Shown piece by piece: positions 1-13,639 of a stretch of 64,000 nucleotides of DNA. The notes beneath the pieces are model-generated. The model searched no databases and was not told where the DNA came from. It was given only the letters and a program-made list of their open reading frames with translations. The position numbers and the translations under genes were made by a program. How positions within the stretch are numbered: position 1 is the stretch's first letter; each line of letters opens with the position of its first letter. Source of the DNA: Octopus vulgaris (Eukaryota); NCBI GenBank assembly GCA_951406725.2, contig OX597816.1, positions 24,428,001-24,492,000 of the forward strand, in the 5' to 3' direction.

Positions 1-339
1 CATATATGTACGTACCTACATCTACAAGTATATATACATGCATATATAAATAATTATACGTGAGTACAGGACACTACAATAAGACGTAGAAACGAGAAAA
101 ACAAAAAAAAACAAAAAAAACAAGAAAACGAAAAAACAAAAAAAAACAAGAAAACGAAAAAAACAGTTACAGGACGAGCTACACAAGGAAAAAAACCCCG
201 TCACCAGCTGTCGCTAGTAGAGTCAAGCATGTTTCGAAGGCAGAGACAGAACACTAATCCATAGGCCTTCCTGCGAGAGAATTAAAATAAAATTCCAAGC
301 AGCGGGGCAAAATGAGTACGAACACGAACAGGACGTAAC

Positions 340-753
340 AATAAAACTGCAAAAATAAAAATACATGTACAAAAAATACAAATAATTACAAAACGAGAAA
401 ATAAAAAGAGAATACGATACAGGAAATCAAACACACAAGAGGACGAACGAAAAAGCCTTTTTTTCTGGCATAGACAAATAATAAAACTGCAAAAATAAAA
501 ATACATGTACAAAAAATACAAATAATTACAAAACGAGAAAATAAAGAGAGAATACGATACAGGAAATCAAACACACAAGAGGACGAACGAAAAAGCCTTT
601 TTTTCTGGCATAGACAAACAATAAAACTGCAAAAATAAAAATACATGTACAAAAAATACAAATAATTACAAAACGAGAAAATAAAGAGAGAATACGATAC
701 AGGAAATCAAACACACAAGAGGACGAACGAAAAAGCCTTTTTTTGGCATAGAC
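340..753. repeat. Three near-identical 140-bp tandem units
   Basis: Unit start 'aataaaactgcaaaaataaaaatacatgtac' recurs at 340, 480 and 620. Confidence 0.95.
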
Positions 754-980
754 GAAGGATACTGTGGCAGCGCGTGGAGGCAGTCTTTTCAGTAGTAAGA
801 GCAACGTGTAAAAGAAATTTTATTTTATAGTGAGGGGTGTATGAAAAGTTTTGAGCCTCATCAGGAGTCTTGTTCCATGTTTTGCTTTTTTGAGGCTCTA
901 GACTTTTTATACACACTTTGTATATATGTATATATATATAAGGATAAGATGGTTATTTAAATACCGATGTATATATATAT

Positions 981-1702
981 ATGTGGCGATTCCGGCACTC
1001 GGGCTGTTCGAGCTTAGCCTGAGTATAAATTTAATAAGGTGAGCGTGTATTTGCAAGCTGATTTAATTTCTACCAGCACTGACTTCAAGTATGTAATTGC
1101 AGCCAATAACTCGGGCTCCTTTTATTGAGCCTGGTTGCAGTTTAGCGTCTGGCGATCGTCTTAGAGGTACCCTGTGTCAAAAAATATTCGTAGCAGACGT
1201 TCTTTCGACATCATTCACACGCGCCTGACTCGGTTTCAGAAGTCACAGCCCGAGTTGTTATCTATGATTGTAAAGACAAAATGCAATTCAAATTCAATGT
1301 TTTCTTGAAACTATAAATTTCTATAGAGAATCTACGAAAAGTTTTCGTTCTAAAATATTCTTAAAGGAACGAAAAATTACTCAGCAACTCGGTATAAAAG
1401 ACTAACTGTCATCTCTTGTCAAGAGTACAGGCGACAGTTAGATCGCTGATGCTTGTTGTGCACTCTGCGGTCGTAATTTGTCGTTATTCTGTGCGCCTGT
1501 GTGTAAAGATCAGTTGAGTTTTGCAGGGTTTTAGTTTTACCCATAACTTAGAAATGAAGAAAGACATAGTGTTAGATATAAAAAAAAATAAATAAGCCAT
1601 TTGGGGCTAGAAAAAAAGTGGGAAAAATATGAAATTCTTCAAGTGTCTTATGCGGTATCTGTGATGAGCCCGAGTGACACTAATGACTTGGAGTCGCCTC
1701 TG
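981..1702. mobile_element. Non-autonomous TIR element, hAT-like
   Basis: Imperfect terminal inverted repeats (gtggcgattcc..cactcgggct / agcccgagtg..ggagtcgcctctg), internal repeats of the ctcgggct motif, flanked by (TA)n. Confidence 0.5.
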
Positions 1703-1703
1703 G

Positions 1704-1764
<61 letters not shown>

Positions 1765-1932
1765 GAACGAATCATTTCGCTATAATTGGTCACCCGTTAG
1801 GTTCGAAGTTCACAGCTGAGGCTGGAGCTAGGGTTCCGTTGTAGGCTTCCGAGTTAGCAGGTACTAGCACTATAATCCGGCTTTGCCGCAGTATAAGCAG
1901 TAGCTGCATTATTATTATTATTATTATTTAAA

Positions 1933-1971
<39 letters not shown>

Positions 1972-2321
1972 CCTTTCTACTATAGGCACAGAAACGAGTA
2001 GATGATAAAAGATCACATGATCACGTAACCGACCAGGCCAAATGCGCTTCGCATTGTTTTAGCCTTCAATGACGCCACTCCTCTGGCTAAGCGAGCAGGC
2101 CAACAGAAGAAAGAGCGAGAGAAAGTTGTGGAGAAAGAGTACAGCAGGGATCACCACCAAACCCTGCCGGAGCCTCTTGGTGCTTTAGGTGTTTTCGTTC
2201 AATAAACACTCACAACGCCCGGTCTCGGATTCGAAACCGCGATCCTACGACCGCGAGTCCACTGCCCTAACAACTGTCTGGTGTGTTATCGATTCTACTG
2301 ATTCGTCGTCCTTTTAATATT

Positions 2322-2960
2322 GATCCGTAATTTTATTCCTCCGAGGTCGACTTTACCTGTCATCCTTTCGGGGTCAATAAATTAAGTACCAGTTGCGTAC
2401 TGGGTCGATCTAATCAACAGCCCCAATCTCCTCCCCAAACACTTCGGGCCTTGAGCCTAGAGTAGAAAACAAAAGAATATCGATTTGTAATTTTATTCCT
2501 CCGAGGTCGACTTTACCTGTCATCTTTTCGGGGTCGATAAATTAAGTACCAGTTGCGTACTGGGGTCGATCTAATCGACTGCCCCACTCCCCCAAAGATT
2601 TCGGGCCTTGTATCCTAAAGTAGAAAAGAAACGAATATTGATCCGTAATTTTATTCCTCCGAGGTCGACTTTACCTGTCATCCTTTCGGGGTCGATAAAT
2701 TAAGTACCAGTTGCGTACTGGGGTCGATCTAATCGACTGCCCCACTCCCCAAAGATTTCGGGCCTTGTGTCCTAAAGTAGAAAAGATAAGAATATTGATC
2801 CGTAATTTTATTCCTCCGAGGTCGACTTTACCTGTCATCCTTTAGGGGTCGATAAATTAGGTAATAGTTGTGTACTGAGGTCGATCTAGTTGACTGACTC
2901 CCTCCCCCAAAATTTCGGTCCTTCTGCCTAAAGCAGAAAAGAATATTGATTCGTAATTTT
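2322..2960 (+). repeat. Four tandem ~160-bp units derived from the 3' half of SINE family A
   Basis: 'gtaattttattcctccgaggtcgactttacctgtcatc' recurs at about 2327, 2487, 2645 and 2802. Confidence 0.92.
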
Positions 2961-3260
2961 GGCAGAACGCCAAAATATTTAGGAGCTGAAAAACCGAATA
3001 AATCGACCACACTTTTGACATTTACTTAAATTATTGATTGCAAAAAACTAACAGGCGGTACCCGGCCTTGCTTCGGTTTATAAATACGATCGCATGAATT
3101 CGTCATTAACTTTTTTTTTTTTTTTACGAATTGATTTCAAAATATATACCGAGAATCTTCAGTCGGTTCGATGACGTTAATTCACTAAGAGGAGATGATT
3201 CAAGTTGAACTTCAAGAAAGAGGAACCAAATGAATAGATAGTGGAGGCACATGGCCTAGT

Positions 3261-3678
3261 AAGGCGGCGAGCTGGCAGAAACGTTAGCACGCCGGGCGAA
3301 ATGCTTAGCGGTATTTCGTCTGCCGTTACGTTCCGAGTTCAAATTCCGCCGAGGTCGACTTTGCCTTTCATCCTTTCGGGGTCGATAAATTAAGTACTAG
3401 TTACGCACTAGGGTCGATATAATCGACTTAAATTCGTTTGTCTGTTCTTGTTTGTCCTCTCTGTGTTTAGCCCCTTGTGGGTAGTAAAGAAATAGGTATT
3501 TCGTCTGCGTTACGTTGTGAGTTCAAATTCCGCCGAGGTCGACTTTGCCTTTCATCCTTTCGGGGTCGATAAATTAAGTACCAGTTACGAACTGGGGTCG
3601 ATGTAATCGACTTAATACCTATGTCTGTCCTTGTTTGTTCCCTCTGTGTATAGCCCCTTGTGGGTAATAAAGAAATAG
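3261..3678 (+). mobile_element. tRNA-derived SINE family A, dimeric copy nested in the head of a family C SINE
   Basis: Head aaggcggcgagctggcaga, B-box gagttcaaattcc, central domain gcctttcatcctttcggggtcgataaattaagtaccag. The host 'ggcctagt|ggttagagc' is split. Other copies: 9616-10031, 10290-10526, 21000-21380, 30405-30965, 31927-32480, 34470-34705, 46430-46775, 56450-56867. Confidence 0.88.
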
Positions 3679-4209
3679 GTTAGAGCAACGGACTCGCGGG
3701 TTCGAATCTCAGACCGGGCGATGTGTGTATTTATGAGATGAGCGAAACACAATTAATCTCCACGCGGCGCCGGTTGAAGGTAATGGCGTACTTCTGCTGA
3801 CTCTTTCGCCACAACTTTCTCTCATTCTTTCCTCCTGCATCTTGCAGCTCACCTGCGACAGACTGGCGTCCCGCCAAGGAAACCGGGAAACCGGCCCTTA
3901 TGAGCCAGGCGTGGCTCGAGAAGGAACAAACAAAATAAATAGATAAATAAACAAACAAACAAGCAAAGGTAAAATTTTACTCTTACGGTTATTTTCTTTT
4001 TATTTTGGGGGGAAAGCTTTTGTTTTTCTCCCCCCAAACAGGTATGGTTGTGCAGTTAAGAATGCTCGCTGTGCAACTACGCAGTTTGGGGTTCAGTCCC
4101 AACTCGCGGTACCTTGAGCAAGTGTTTTCTATATAGCTCTGGGCCGACCAATATCTTGTCGGTGAATTTAGTAGATGGAAACTATGGTGAAGCCCGTCGT
4201 GTTTATATA

Positions 4210-4286
4210 CAAGGTGTCCAGAAAATTTCGCCCGATTATATATGTACAATAAGATTAAAATCGGACGAAACTTTTTGGACACCCTG
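4210..4286. mobile_element. 77-bp Tc1/mariner-type MITE
   Basis: TIRs caaggtgtccagaaaatttcg / cgaaactttttggacaccctg, TA on both sides, inserted in a SINE microsatellite. Confidence 0.8.
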
Positions 4287-4309
4287 TATGTGTGTGTGTG
4301 AGAGAGAGG

Positions 4310-4357
<48 letters not shown>

Positions 4358-5053
4358 AAGAAAGTGAGTGAGTGTGTGTGTGTGTGATAAGACCTCCAAT
4401 AAGCTTTCATTCATTCTCCGTAAACTCACTTTTACTCGCGAGACTTGGGTCGACCCAAAGTTATTGTAAAAAAAACACTTGCACAAGATTCCACACAGTA
4501 AGATCAAAAACGGTACTTCGTAAATGTAAACCAGTCTTCGTAACCATTCAGGTGTGTTACCATCCACAATGTTTTTTTATTTCTTTGTTAACCAATCCGT
4601 GCGTGTGTGTGTGTGTGTGTCTATGTAAATTAAAATGCTCTTATAGTAGCCTTAGATTAAAATACCGATATGTATTGTTTGTTCCTTTTCGAGCCACGCT
4701 TGGCTCATAAGGACCGGTTTCCCGGTTTCCTTGGCGTATAGGTTCCCCACCTATAGGAGGCGCCGGTCCGTCGAAGGTGAGCTGCAAGAAGAAAGAGTGA
4801 GAGAAAGTTGTGGCGAAAGAGTCAGCAGAAGTTCGCCATTACCTTCTGCCGGAGCCGCGTGGAACTTAGGTATTTCGCTCATAAACACACACATCGCCCT
4901 GTCTGAGATTTGAACCCGCGCTCCCTCGACTACGAGTCCGCTGCTTTAACCACTGGGCCATGTGCCTCCACACCGATATATATAGCATATATGAAAAGGC
5001 CTGTTGCGTTGAAGTGGAGTTGGCATCATTTACCATTAAGCAATTGACTTATT

Positions 5054-7042
5054 GGATCTTTTCCTTTTGAAAGCCAGATTTTCCTAGTTAACTAAACAAT
5101 TTGAAACTTCGTATACTGGTAGAATGTGTCAAAAGAAAACATAATTGTAAACCAAAATTGAAAACGGAATTGTAATTTCTAAGTTTAACGTTGTTTAAAA
5201 ATTCGAATTTTAACCAATGATATTCTTTCTTTCGGCCTCATATTATTTACTGCTTCTCAAAATATTGTTACTGTGACGTAAACAGCTATTTTGTGACGTA
5301 GTTAACATAGCTAAAATGTAAACATCACCGTCCCATATAACAAAGTCCTAAACAGACAGAATAATAATACAAATACGGCGGGCTTTCGAAATAGCTGTCG
5401 AGAATAAAATGAAATTTCGATGGTAAATTTTTGGAGGGGATTCGGTAATTTTCGTCACTCTTAAATACATGTAATTCGCATTAAATCTTTTTTTTCTGAA
5501 AAATCCACGTTTTAAAACATTTTAACTGCCCACCACTTCATCGTGCCTTTGGAGTAGGTGTCACACTTGGGATGGTCAAACCTAGAATACCTTTCATCAT
5601 AGGTAATTGCTTGGAGTTCACCTTGAGAGCTAAAACTATATAGTTAGTTTCGATATAAAAAATAAAATTGCACAAAATTTTGGCACAAGACCAACAATTT
5701 AGGAGGAGGGGTTAATCGATTACATTGACTGGTACTTAATTGATCATGAAAGGTAAAGTCGACGACGACGGTAACGTGAGGAGTCGGAAGAAATGCCACA
5801 AGGTATTTTGTCCGACGCACGAACGATTCTGCCAGCTTGCCCCACCCCCTTCCTTAATAATATTTCTTTCCTAAGTAAGTACAAGGCCTGAAGCTGATGG
5901 GAAGAACTAGTCGATTGTATTCAACTGGTACTTATTCTATAAGCACCGCCCGAAAGAAGGAAAGCTCAGCAATATTCGAACACGGAACGTAAAGATTCGT
6001 AAGAAATGACGCTAGGCATTTTATCCGATGCACAACCGATTCTGCCAGCTTTACATCATATTTTTCGTCGAAGTTTAACTATGTCAACTTGATGATATAT
6101 TTTTACGCGTGGACAAATAATAGAGATAATGTGGATCAGATGATATTACATACTGACAAGGGCTTGGTAAAGGACTGTTAGAATGTTTAGGCATACGGTC
6201 CTATACGTTCGGGTTTCAACCCTCACCGGAATTCAAAACAAGCCGTCTGTTCTTCCACGGTCGAGAAAATACATCGATCAAGTATTGGAGATCGATATAA
6301 ATGATTATACTCTCCACTAACCCCAAAATATATGCTTTGTGTCTATAATCAATATTACAAATATATTGTTATTGCTATTTAACTCAGGTCATCCTGATAA
6401 ACCCGGTTGAGGATCAAAGGGTTCCAACTATGACCAACCCGTATTTTTTGCGCCCCCCCCACCTTTTTTCAGATATAGCATCTATGATTATATTAGCCAA
6501 TGTACCCTTCCTTTAACCCAGTAGTATATGGTTTTAAGGGGATTTGGGTGTTATTCCTAGCACATCGACGATCGAAAACGCAGAGGGGCCCTGATTATGT
6601 GCGAGTATTCGTATGGATGGGTTACGTGTGTGTATGTGGGTGCATACAAGCCAAATAACCGGTTCAAGGCGTGTGTCAAACTGAAGAATCAAAGCGTGTG
6701 CACAAGTTTATAGTAAATATAAACATTGTATAGAGAAAACACCCGAAGCCTATACAAAAACACTGAATATGTGTTTATTATTCATCCAAAATAAACAGTA
6801 CGTGTGTGGTCACAGTAACAATATGTTTAGATGGAGCAAATAATTTCAACTCAATACAGAGAATACGATTGGTTAAAATTCGCAGATTTAAACTACGTTT
6901 AAACTTATAAAATACATTTTTGTCAAAAAAACTAGTTGAAATTATTGTTTTCTTTTGACACATTCTACCAGTATACGAAGTTTCAAATTATTTAGTTAAC
7001 TAGAAAAATCTGAAAAATCTGGCTTTCAAAAAGAAAAGATCC
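5054..7042. mobile_element. ~2-kb non-autonomous DNA transposon with long (~230 bp) imperfect TIRs, Mutator/Merlin-like
   Basis: Ends GGATCTTTTC...GAAAAGATCC; 8-bp TSD gacttatt (5046-5053) / gagttatt (7043-7050); no transposase ORF. Confidence 0.8.
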
Positions 7043-7500
7043 GAGTTATTTCGATCAACCTTCTCCAGAAGCAGGTGGAAATAACGTTTGTTGCAGTGTT
7101 TTTTTATCTCTCGATCAAGAAATACAAATAAGAAATAATCTGAGAAAATTACATAACTTAAGACTTACCTTCTTCAGGAGATGTGCCCCTATTCAAAATT
7201 ACAGCTACATAGGTGCAAAACTGCGGCCTTTATTTTGAAACATAGATGCATACATCAGGAGTTTCTCATTAATCTCCCAGTATAGAGATAAAACACAAGG
7301 GATCAGACATTTGTCTGACAAGCAACAAATGTGTGGATTCGGTTTTGAATCTCAGTCAAGCGGGGCTAAGCGGTTTCCCACATGTGTCACAGGCCGGTAT
7401 CTTATTTCTCTTTGCTCATTTTTGTTACAAACATACATACACGAGTCAACGACCGAAAGAAAACGACACTCAACACATTTGACTGGAACTGAATTAGATA

Positions 7501-8409
7501 TCTTTATATATAAAAGTGAAGTTGTGTGTCTGTCTCCTACGATTTAGATTCCCAACTACTCCCACATTTTACGGTGCAGTTTAACTAAAACCGGGTATCT
7601 TATAGTCGTGATTCATATCGAGCCCGTCTGAGTATTAGCGCGCGTCTACGATGAGTCTACGATTTTTAAAATAATTTAATATCATTTTTTATTCCATTTT
7701 AATGCATAATTTTTCGTGTGTCGATGGCGGCGGAGTTGGCGTCCATGGTCACACCTGCACCTGTTTGCTTCTACCCCTTCTTCCTTCCCTCGTGAAGCTG
7801 TGGGGAAGGGAGTGTAAAGAAATCAACGTCGTAAAGCGTTGTCAAGGAGACCAGCGTTCTTTTAGAACAACGACTTCATGGCTTGAAGACACCAAAACAG
7901 AAATGGCTAAGAAAGCCCGAATTGGCATCTATAAGGGAAGTAACTCTCTAAAAATGCTTATATAGTTATTTCCCTTACAAACCCGAGCAACGCCGGGCGA
8001 TACTGCTAGTCTTTATATATAAAAGTGAAGTTGTGTGTCTGTCTCCTACGATTTAGATTCCTAACTACTCCCACATTTTGCGGTGCAGTTTAACCAAAAC
8101 CGGGTATCTTATAGTCGTGATTCATATCGAGCCCTTCTGGGTATTAGCGCGCGTCTACGATGAATCTACGATTTAAAAAAGAATTTACCATCATTTTTTT
8201 TCCATTTTAATGCATTTTTTCGCTATTATATAAGGAAGTAACTCTCTAAAAATGTCTACGATGAGTCAACGATTTAAAAATAAATTTACCATCATTTCTT
8301 TTCCATTTTTAATGCATTTTTTTTTGCTATTTTTAGGCTATAACTCTCTAAAAATGCTTATATAGTTATTTCCCTTACAAACCTGAGCAACGCCGGGCGA
8401 TACTGCTAG
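7501..8409 (+). mobile_element. Two head-to-tail non-autonomous Helitrons (7501-8009, 8010-8409)
   Basis: Each starts TCtttatatataaaag and ends hairpin cc(c/t)gagcaacgccggg + CTAG; inserted between A7500 and T8410. Confidence 0.9.
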
Positions 8410-8625
8410 TATTTAATAATTTGATTTACCTCCACATTACGGGAAGGGCGGTTTTAAAACATGTTCAAATCCATAGCGAAAAAAATAAAAGGCTAGCCAC
8501 TATAAAGTCATTTTATCCAGAATGGAATTCAATTCATTCCATCATATCAGAGCTAAAACTAAATCCTTAAATGTCCCTTGTTATTTTGAGCTCATTTGAG
8601 TTTTCTTTATTTCTCAACAGAGAAT

Positions 8626-9040
8626 GATCTTTTCGTTTTGAACGGCAGTTTTTAACATAATTTCTAGGTAACTAAAAAATGTTAAACTTCGTATACTGGT
8701 AGAATGTGTTTATAAAACATCTTTTTCTCTTGGCTTTATTGAGAAAATTCTATAGTTTGTAAGATATTTGTTGTTGTTTTTTCTTCAATTTCTGCAATTT
8801 CAACCAATCACTGACGTCCATTGAAGTAAAAAACATTCTGTGCCGTATGAATATGTGCCTCGTTTAAGAAACAGATTGGGGTTTATTTACATTTGTGAAG
8901 AAAAAAAGATACCCTTCCCCCCACCCCTAACCAACATTAGCACAGATTGAATTGCAATAGATAGATACTAGGGTCATAATTATGGGTGACAATTTCATAT
9001 GACACCGCTAGAAAAACTGCCGTTCAAACCGAAAAGATCC
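8626..9040. mobile_element. MITE related to the GGATCTTTTC TIR family
   Basis: TIRs gatcttttcgttttgaacggcagttttt / aaaaactgccgttcaaaccgaaaagatcc; flanks acagagaat / acagagagt; shares 'aaacttcgtatactggtagaatgtgt' with the 5054 element. Confidence 0.85.
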
Positions 9041-10559
9041 ACAGAGAGTAATGCAATATTCTGAGCCGCACCAATGTTGTAATGTTTCGAATGAAGTTGA
9101 GTTTTAGATTTATTTTGCTTCGTTTGCTCGTTTTGTTTGCTTAAAAAACTCATGTTTTACAACGGAGATAGCTTTCGGCATTTCCAACATGTTTTTGATA
9201 AAGTGTTATTAGCCTGAAGTGATTTACAAGGGTTTCTATAAGCAGGTTTTAAAATATAAGAATTTTATATAACGTTTACTAGCATGAGTATGTGTGCGTG
9301 AGGTGGCTGTGGTGAGGGTGATTATTGTGGCAAGTTTGCTTTTCTCACGAACAGTATGATACGTAGGTAAAATAACATGGCTTTAATCGAAACCATCCGT
9401 CCATTTTCTCCTTCCACTATTAAAGTAACCGTCATTACACTTTCCGGCTGGATTCCCAAACATGACCAACTGAGACTACCGAAATTATTCAACCCGTTTC
9501 TTTATTAGCCACAAGGGCCCAACTTAGAGGGGTACAAACAAGAACAGACAGGACACCACAGAGAGGACAATACATAAAATGAATATGAATGAGATGATTA
9601 TATAACAATGAGGATAAGGCGGCGAGCTGGCAGAAACGTTAGCACGCCGGGCGAAATGCGTAGCCGTATTTCGTCTGCCGTTACGTTCTGAGTTCAAATT
9701 CCGCCGAGTTCGACTTTGCCTTTCATCCTTTCGGGGTCGATAAATTAAGTACCAGTTACGCACTGGGGTCGATATAATCGACTTAATCCGTGTGTCTGTC
9801 CTTGTTTGTCCTCTCTGTGTTTAGCCCCTTGTGGGTAGTAAAGAAATAGGTATTTCGTCTGTCGTTACGTTCTGAGTTCAAATTCCGCCGAGGTCGACTT
9901 TGCCTTTCATCCTTTCGGGATCGATAAATTAAGTACCAGTTTCGCACTGGGGTCGATGTAATCGACTTAATCCGTTTGTCTGTCCTTGTTTGTCCCCTCT
10001 ATGTTTAGCCTCTTGTGGGCAATAAAGAAATATATATAACAATGAGGTTATGAATGGCTGCATGCGCCCCTCATCACATGCGGTACCATTAATCTTTTTT
10101 TTACAATAGTCCATTATTATCTTGTATTTACATAACAATTAATTATCATGTTACATACCATTGCAAGTATTTGAACCGTTATATACATTCTCTACAATTG
10201 TTGTATTTTTCAATATTTTTAAGCATAACATGAAACACTTTACTCTTCCTTTTTTTTTATCCCTGTCAATTTAACATATTTTCTTTTTATACCTATTTCT
10301 TTACTACCCACAAGGGGCTAAACACAGAAGGGACAAACAAGGACAGACAAACGGATTATGCCGATTACATCGACCCCAGTGCGTAACTGGTACTTAATTT
10401 ATCGACCCCGAAAGGATGAAAGGCAAAGTCGACCTCGGCGGAATTTGAACTCAGAACATAACAGCAGACGAAATACAGCTACGCATTTCGTCCGGTGTGT
10501 TAACGATTCTGCCAGCTCGCCGCCTTTATTTTCTTTTTATACCGATATTATTCAACCAT

Positions 10560-11010
10560 CTAACTCGTTGTCTACCCCACTAGATCTCCAGTCGATTGAC
10601 TCAACCTGAAGAGTCCGTCTTGTGATTCCTTCCTGCAACATTCTGATCACACGCCTGTTGTGAGCTTTCATACGAAGAAGTTACTGAAAAAACTTCCTGA
10701 TTTCCGACCTATGCACACAAGGTAGTATAACATTACTCCAGAAATACCTCCGAGAAATCCCATTTCGACTGCTTGTATTCGCAATCGTACTTTATCACTC
10801 ATTACCTAAAATTCATAGCCATATGTGAACACAGGCACAAAAAAAAAACGAATTAAAGATAGTAACTTTTTACCAACCTCTCCTCCTAAATCGAAATCCT
10901 ATTTCAAAATTCAATTCACCCATAACTAACTTTAGACTTTACGGCCAAGGCTACCTAGAAACATAAACCATTTCAAATAATGCATTACACACACTAGATT
11001 TTTATGGCTG
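10560..11010 (-). mobile_element. Degenerate RTE-clade LINE fragment
   Basis: Translates to VFTYGYEF*VMSDKVRLRIQAVEMGFLGGISGV, the post-RT YG.E.W...AEM.FLR motif. Confidence 0.65.
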
Positions 11011-11864
11011 TGACTATAGCAAAATAAATAGCGGGGAAATGAAGCATAGTAATTCAAGTCTCAATGGATCTGCACAATACGACGGCATTAATCTGACAGT
11101 CGAAATAAACTGAGAGAGCTATTAATGCTGTATTATTAGAATTTGGTGAAGATGGATGAGACATTGAGGCGAAAACGCTTTTAGCTGTTTCAGTTACTAT
11201 AATGAAAGTATAATTATCAAAAGTAAACGTGTTTCAGCCACTGGTAAAACCATTTGGGAATATTAAAAGCCTTTAATGGTAAAAGTTTAAAATGTCACAG
11301 ATACAAGTACAATTAAATGTACCGCCGAGATAAAAGGAGAATGCATTGCATTGGTCATGAGTGAAGTGTGTATGGAAATAGCTGTAGAGTTCTGTCTACC
11401 GTACCAGCTGGAAAAATTAGGTCATACTGCAGTATTACGTACTTTTAACAGCGCAATCTTTTTGCATTTAAGCTGGCCATATCCAGCCAAAATATTTTAC
11501 CCGTTTTATGAGTTCAAATTCCGCCGAGGTCGACTTTGTCTTTCATCCTTTCGAGGTCGATAAATTAAGCACCATTTGCGTACTGGGGTCGATCTAATCG
11601 ACTGGCAACCCTCCCCAAAACTTTCAGGTCTTGTGTTTAGAGAAGAAAAGAATATTGTACCTGTTTTGTGTTCAAACGAACCAGATCAAGTCTCTCACAC
11701 CTACCCTACAATGTCATTCTAAAAATAAAACAATTATATCATCGAAATCTCCAAGTTATGTGATAAGGCTTGATAGCTCAAAACAATATGAGTGAATAAG
11801 TATTACATTTGAACGGATTAATCTGACTGCTAAACCATTTAAACCAACGGTCTTTCAGAGTATA

Positions 11865-12702
11865 CGTGGTCTGATCAGTAAGTATCCAGGGTGTTGCTAT
11901 AGTAACGAAGCTAAAACACGCACAGTGAAGCCCTCTTGGCGCATATTGACCTTGACCTCTGCTGTTGACGGTCTAGCTCACTTCCGCTTTTTACAGCAGT
12001 GCTTGGAAGGAAGGTGTGTAGCGTGTGATCGTCGCATTGAGCATGACAGAGAAAGTTGAGCAGAGAATCTGCATCAAATTTTGCCAAAAGCTTGGTGATA
12101 CCTGCTCAGAGGCCTATGCAAAGTTTGCAAGAAGTTTTTATCGTTCTCGACACAATCAAGATCTTGTGCAACTGAAATCTGAGTGTCTTTTTGATCAGCT
12201 GAAAGCAATTTTTACCCAAAGTTGGCAGACACGCGTATCATACCCAAATCTTCACATCCTCTGATAACTAATCTGCACATGGTGAGCCGACAATTTCTCC
12301 TCACAGCTGCACGCACATCTGCAATATTTTTCTCAGGTCTTCTTGTTGTGTGTCTCCCAGAACGTTCAATATCGACATTTTTCGGCCATCTTGGAAACGT
12401 CTGAAACACTCGTACACTTGTGTGCGGCACATACACTCCTCTCCATACACTTTCTGCAACTTTGCGTAAACCTGTGAGCAGTATCGTCATGACAACTTTC
12501 TCTCTGTCATGGCCTACGACGATCACACGCTACACACCTTCCTTCCAAGCACTGTTGTAAACAGCGGAAGTGTACTAGAACGTTAAAACTTAGTGCGCAT
12601 GTACAGCAGAGCTTGAGGTTGATCTGTGCCAAGCGACTTTACTCTGCGTGTTTTAGCTTCGTTACTATGGCAACAGTTCGGATACTTATTGATCAGACCT
12701 TA
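11865..12702. mobile_element. Mariner-derived fold-back element made of two inverted 5' halves
   Basis: TA flanks and ~270-bp inverted arms. The + arm encodes MTEKVEQRICIKFCQKLG; the - arm encodes ERSGR...NIADVRAAVRRNCRLT...EDLGMIRVSA. Both are mariner transposase N-terminal sequence. Confidence 0.88.
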
Positions 12703-13003
12703 TATTCCTGCAAACTAACCGCACATTCCCCTCTCCAAATCACTCCACTTCACTCAGTCGATATATTACTCTCGAACTTTGCACAGGGGATACATAGGAG
12801 TCGCAACAAGAAAGCTTTCAGGCGCATCTTCTAACCACTATGTTTGTTTTGTAGTTGTTGTTGTTTTTATGAAGATGATGATGAAGGGAGACGGAAAAAG
12901 TCGAAGGAAACTGAAGACTGCCACGGATGAGTTTATTATAGAATATTTATTTCAAGGTTCAATCCACTATATGAAAAGCAGCAGCAATAGTAGTAGTAGC
13001 AGC

Positions 13004-13058
<55 letters not shown>

Positions 13059-13639
13059 ACAGCAGCAGCAACCTATTTTGCTCTTCGTCATTTTGAGTTT
13101 GTCCCCTTCTTCCTTTTTATTGTATTAAGTTGCCTAACCCACCCAGAACTTTTACCTTCTTGTATTTTCTTTTACCTGTATTTTCTTTCCCTTCACTGTC
13201 GTCATCATTCTCATTACCACTTATTTTTCCTCTTCATTAATATCAAACTTTTCGATATTAAGCTGTTATTGCTGTTTAACTCCAAGTTAGCCCTCACTAA
13301 GCAAACCTATGATCAAAAGGCCTTCAAGCCGTAACCGACACTTTTGATAAAGGTATAAAAAATCCAGGACAGTACTAAAAACAATTTGTAGAGTACAGTT
13401 ACCCAATTTCTAGACGTTAAACTTCACATCTAAGACAAATAAATGCTAGTAGGGACACTGTATTTCGTTATGCAACCGTAATACCAGGGGCGTGCTGCCT
13501 GGGTAAGTAATGCCTACATTGAACAAACTAGACTGATAGCAACATTTTCTTTTTATGGCAAAATATACACCAAATTCAGTAAAATTATGAAGGTTACTCT
13601 GATTACTATGCTTCATATATATATATATATATATATATA

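Noticed and set aside
219-275. Stem + GAAA + short palindrome on the minus strand (also 13770-13830), and a lone CTGATGA at 858-864
   Set aside because: No hammerhead core box in the correct position relative to GAAA and no closing stem I
3989-4567. 192-aa ORF
   Set aside because: Antisense read-through of a SINE, a MITE and (GA)n
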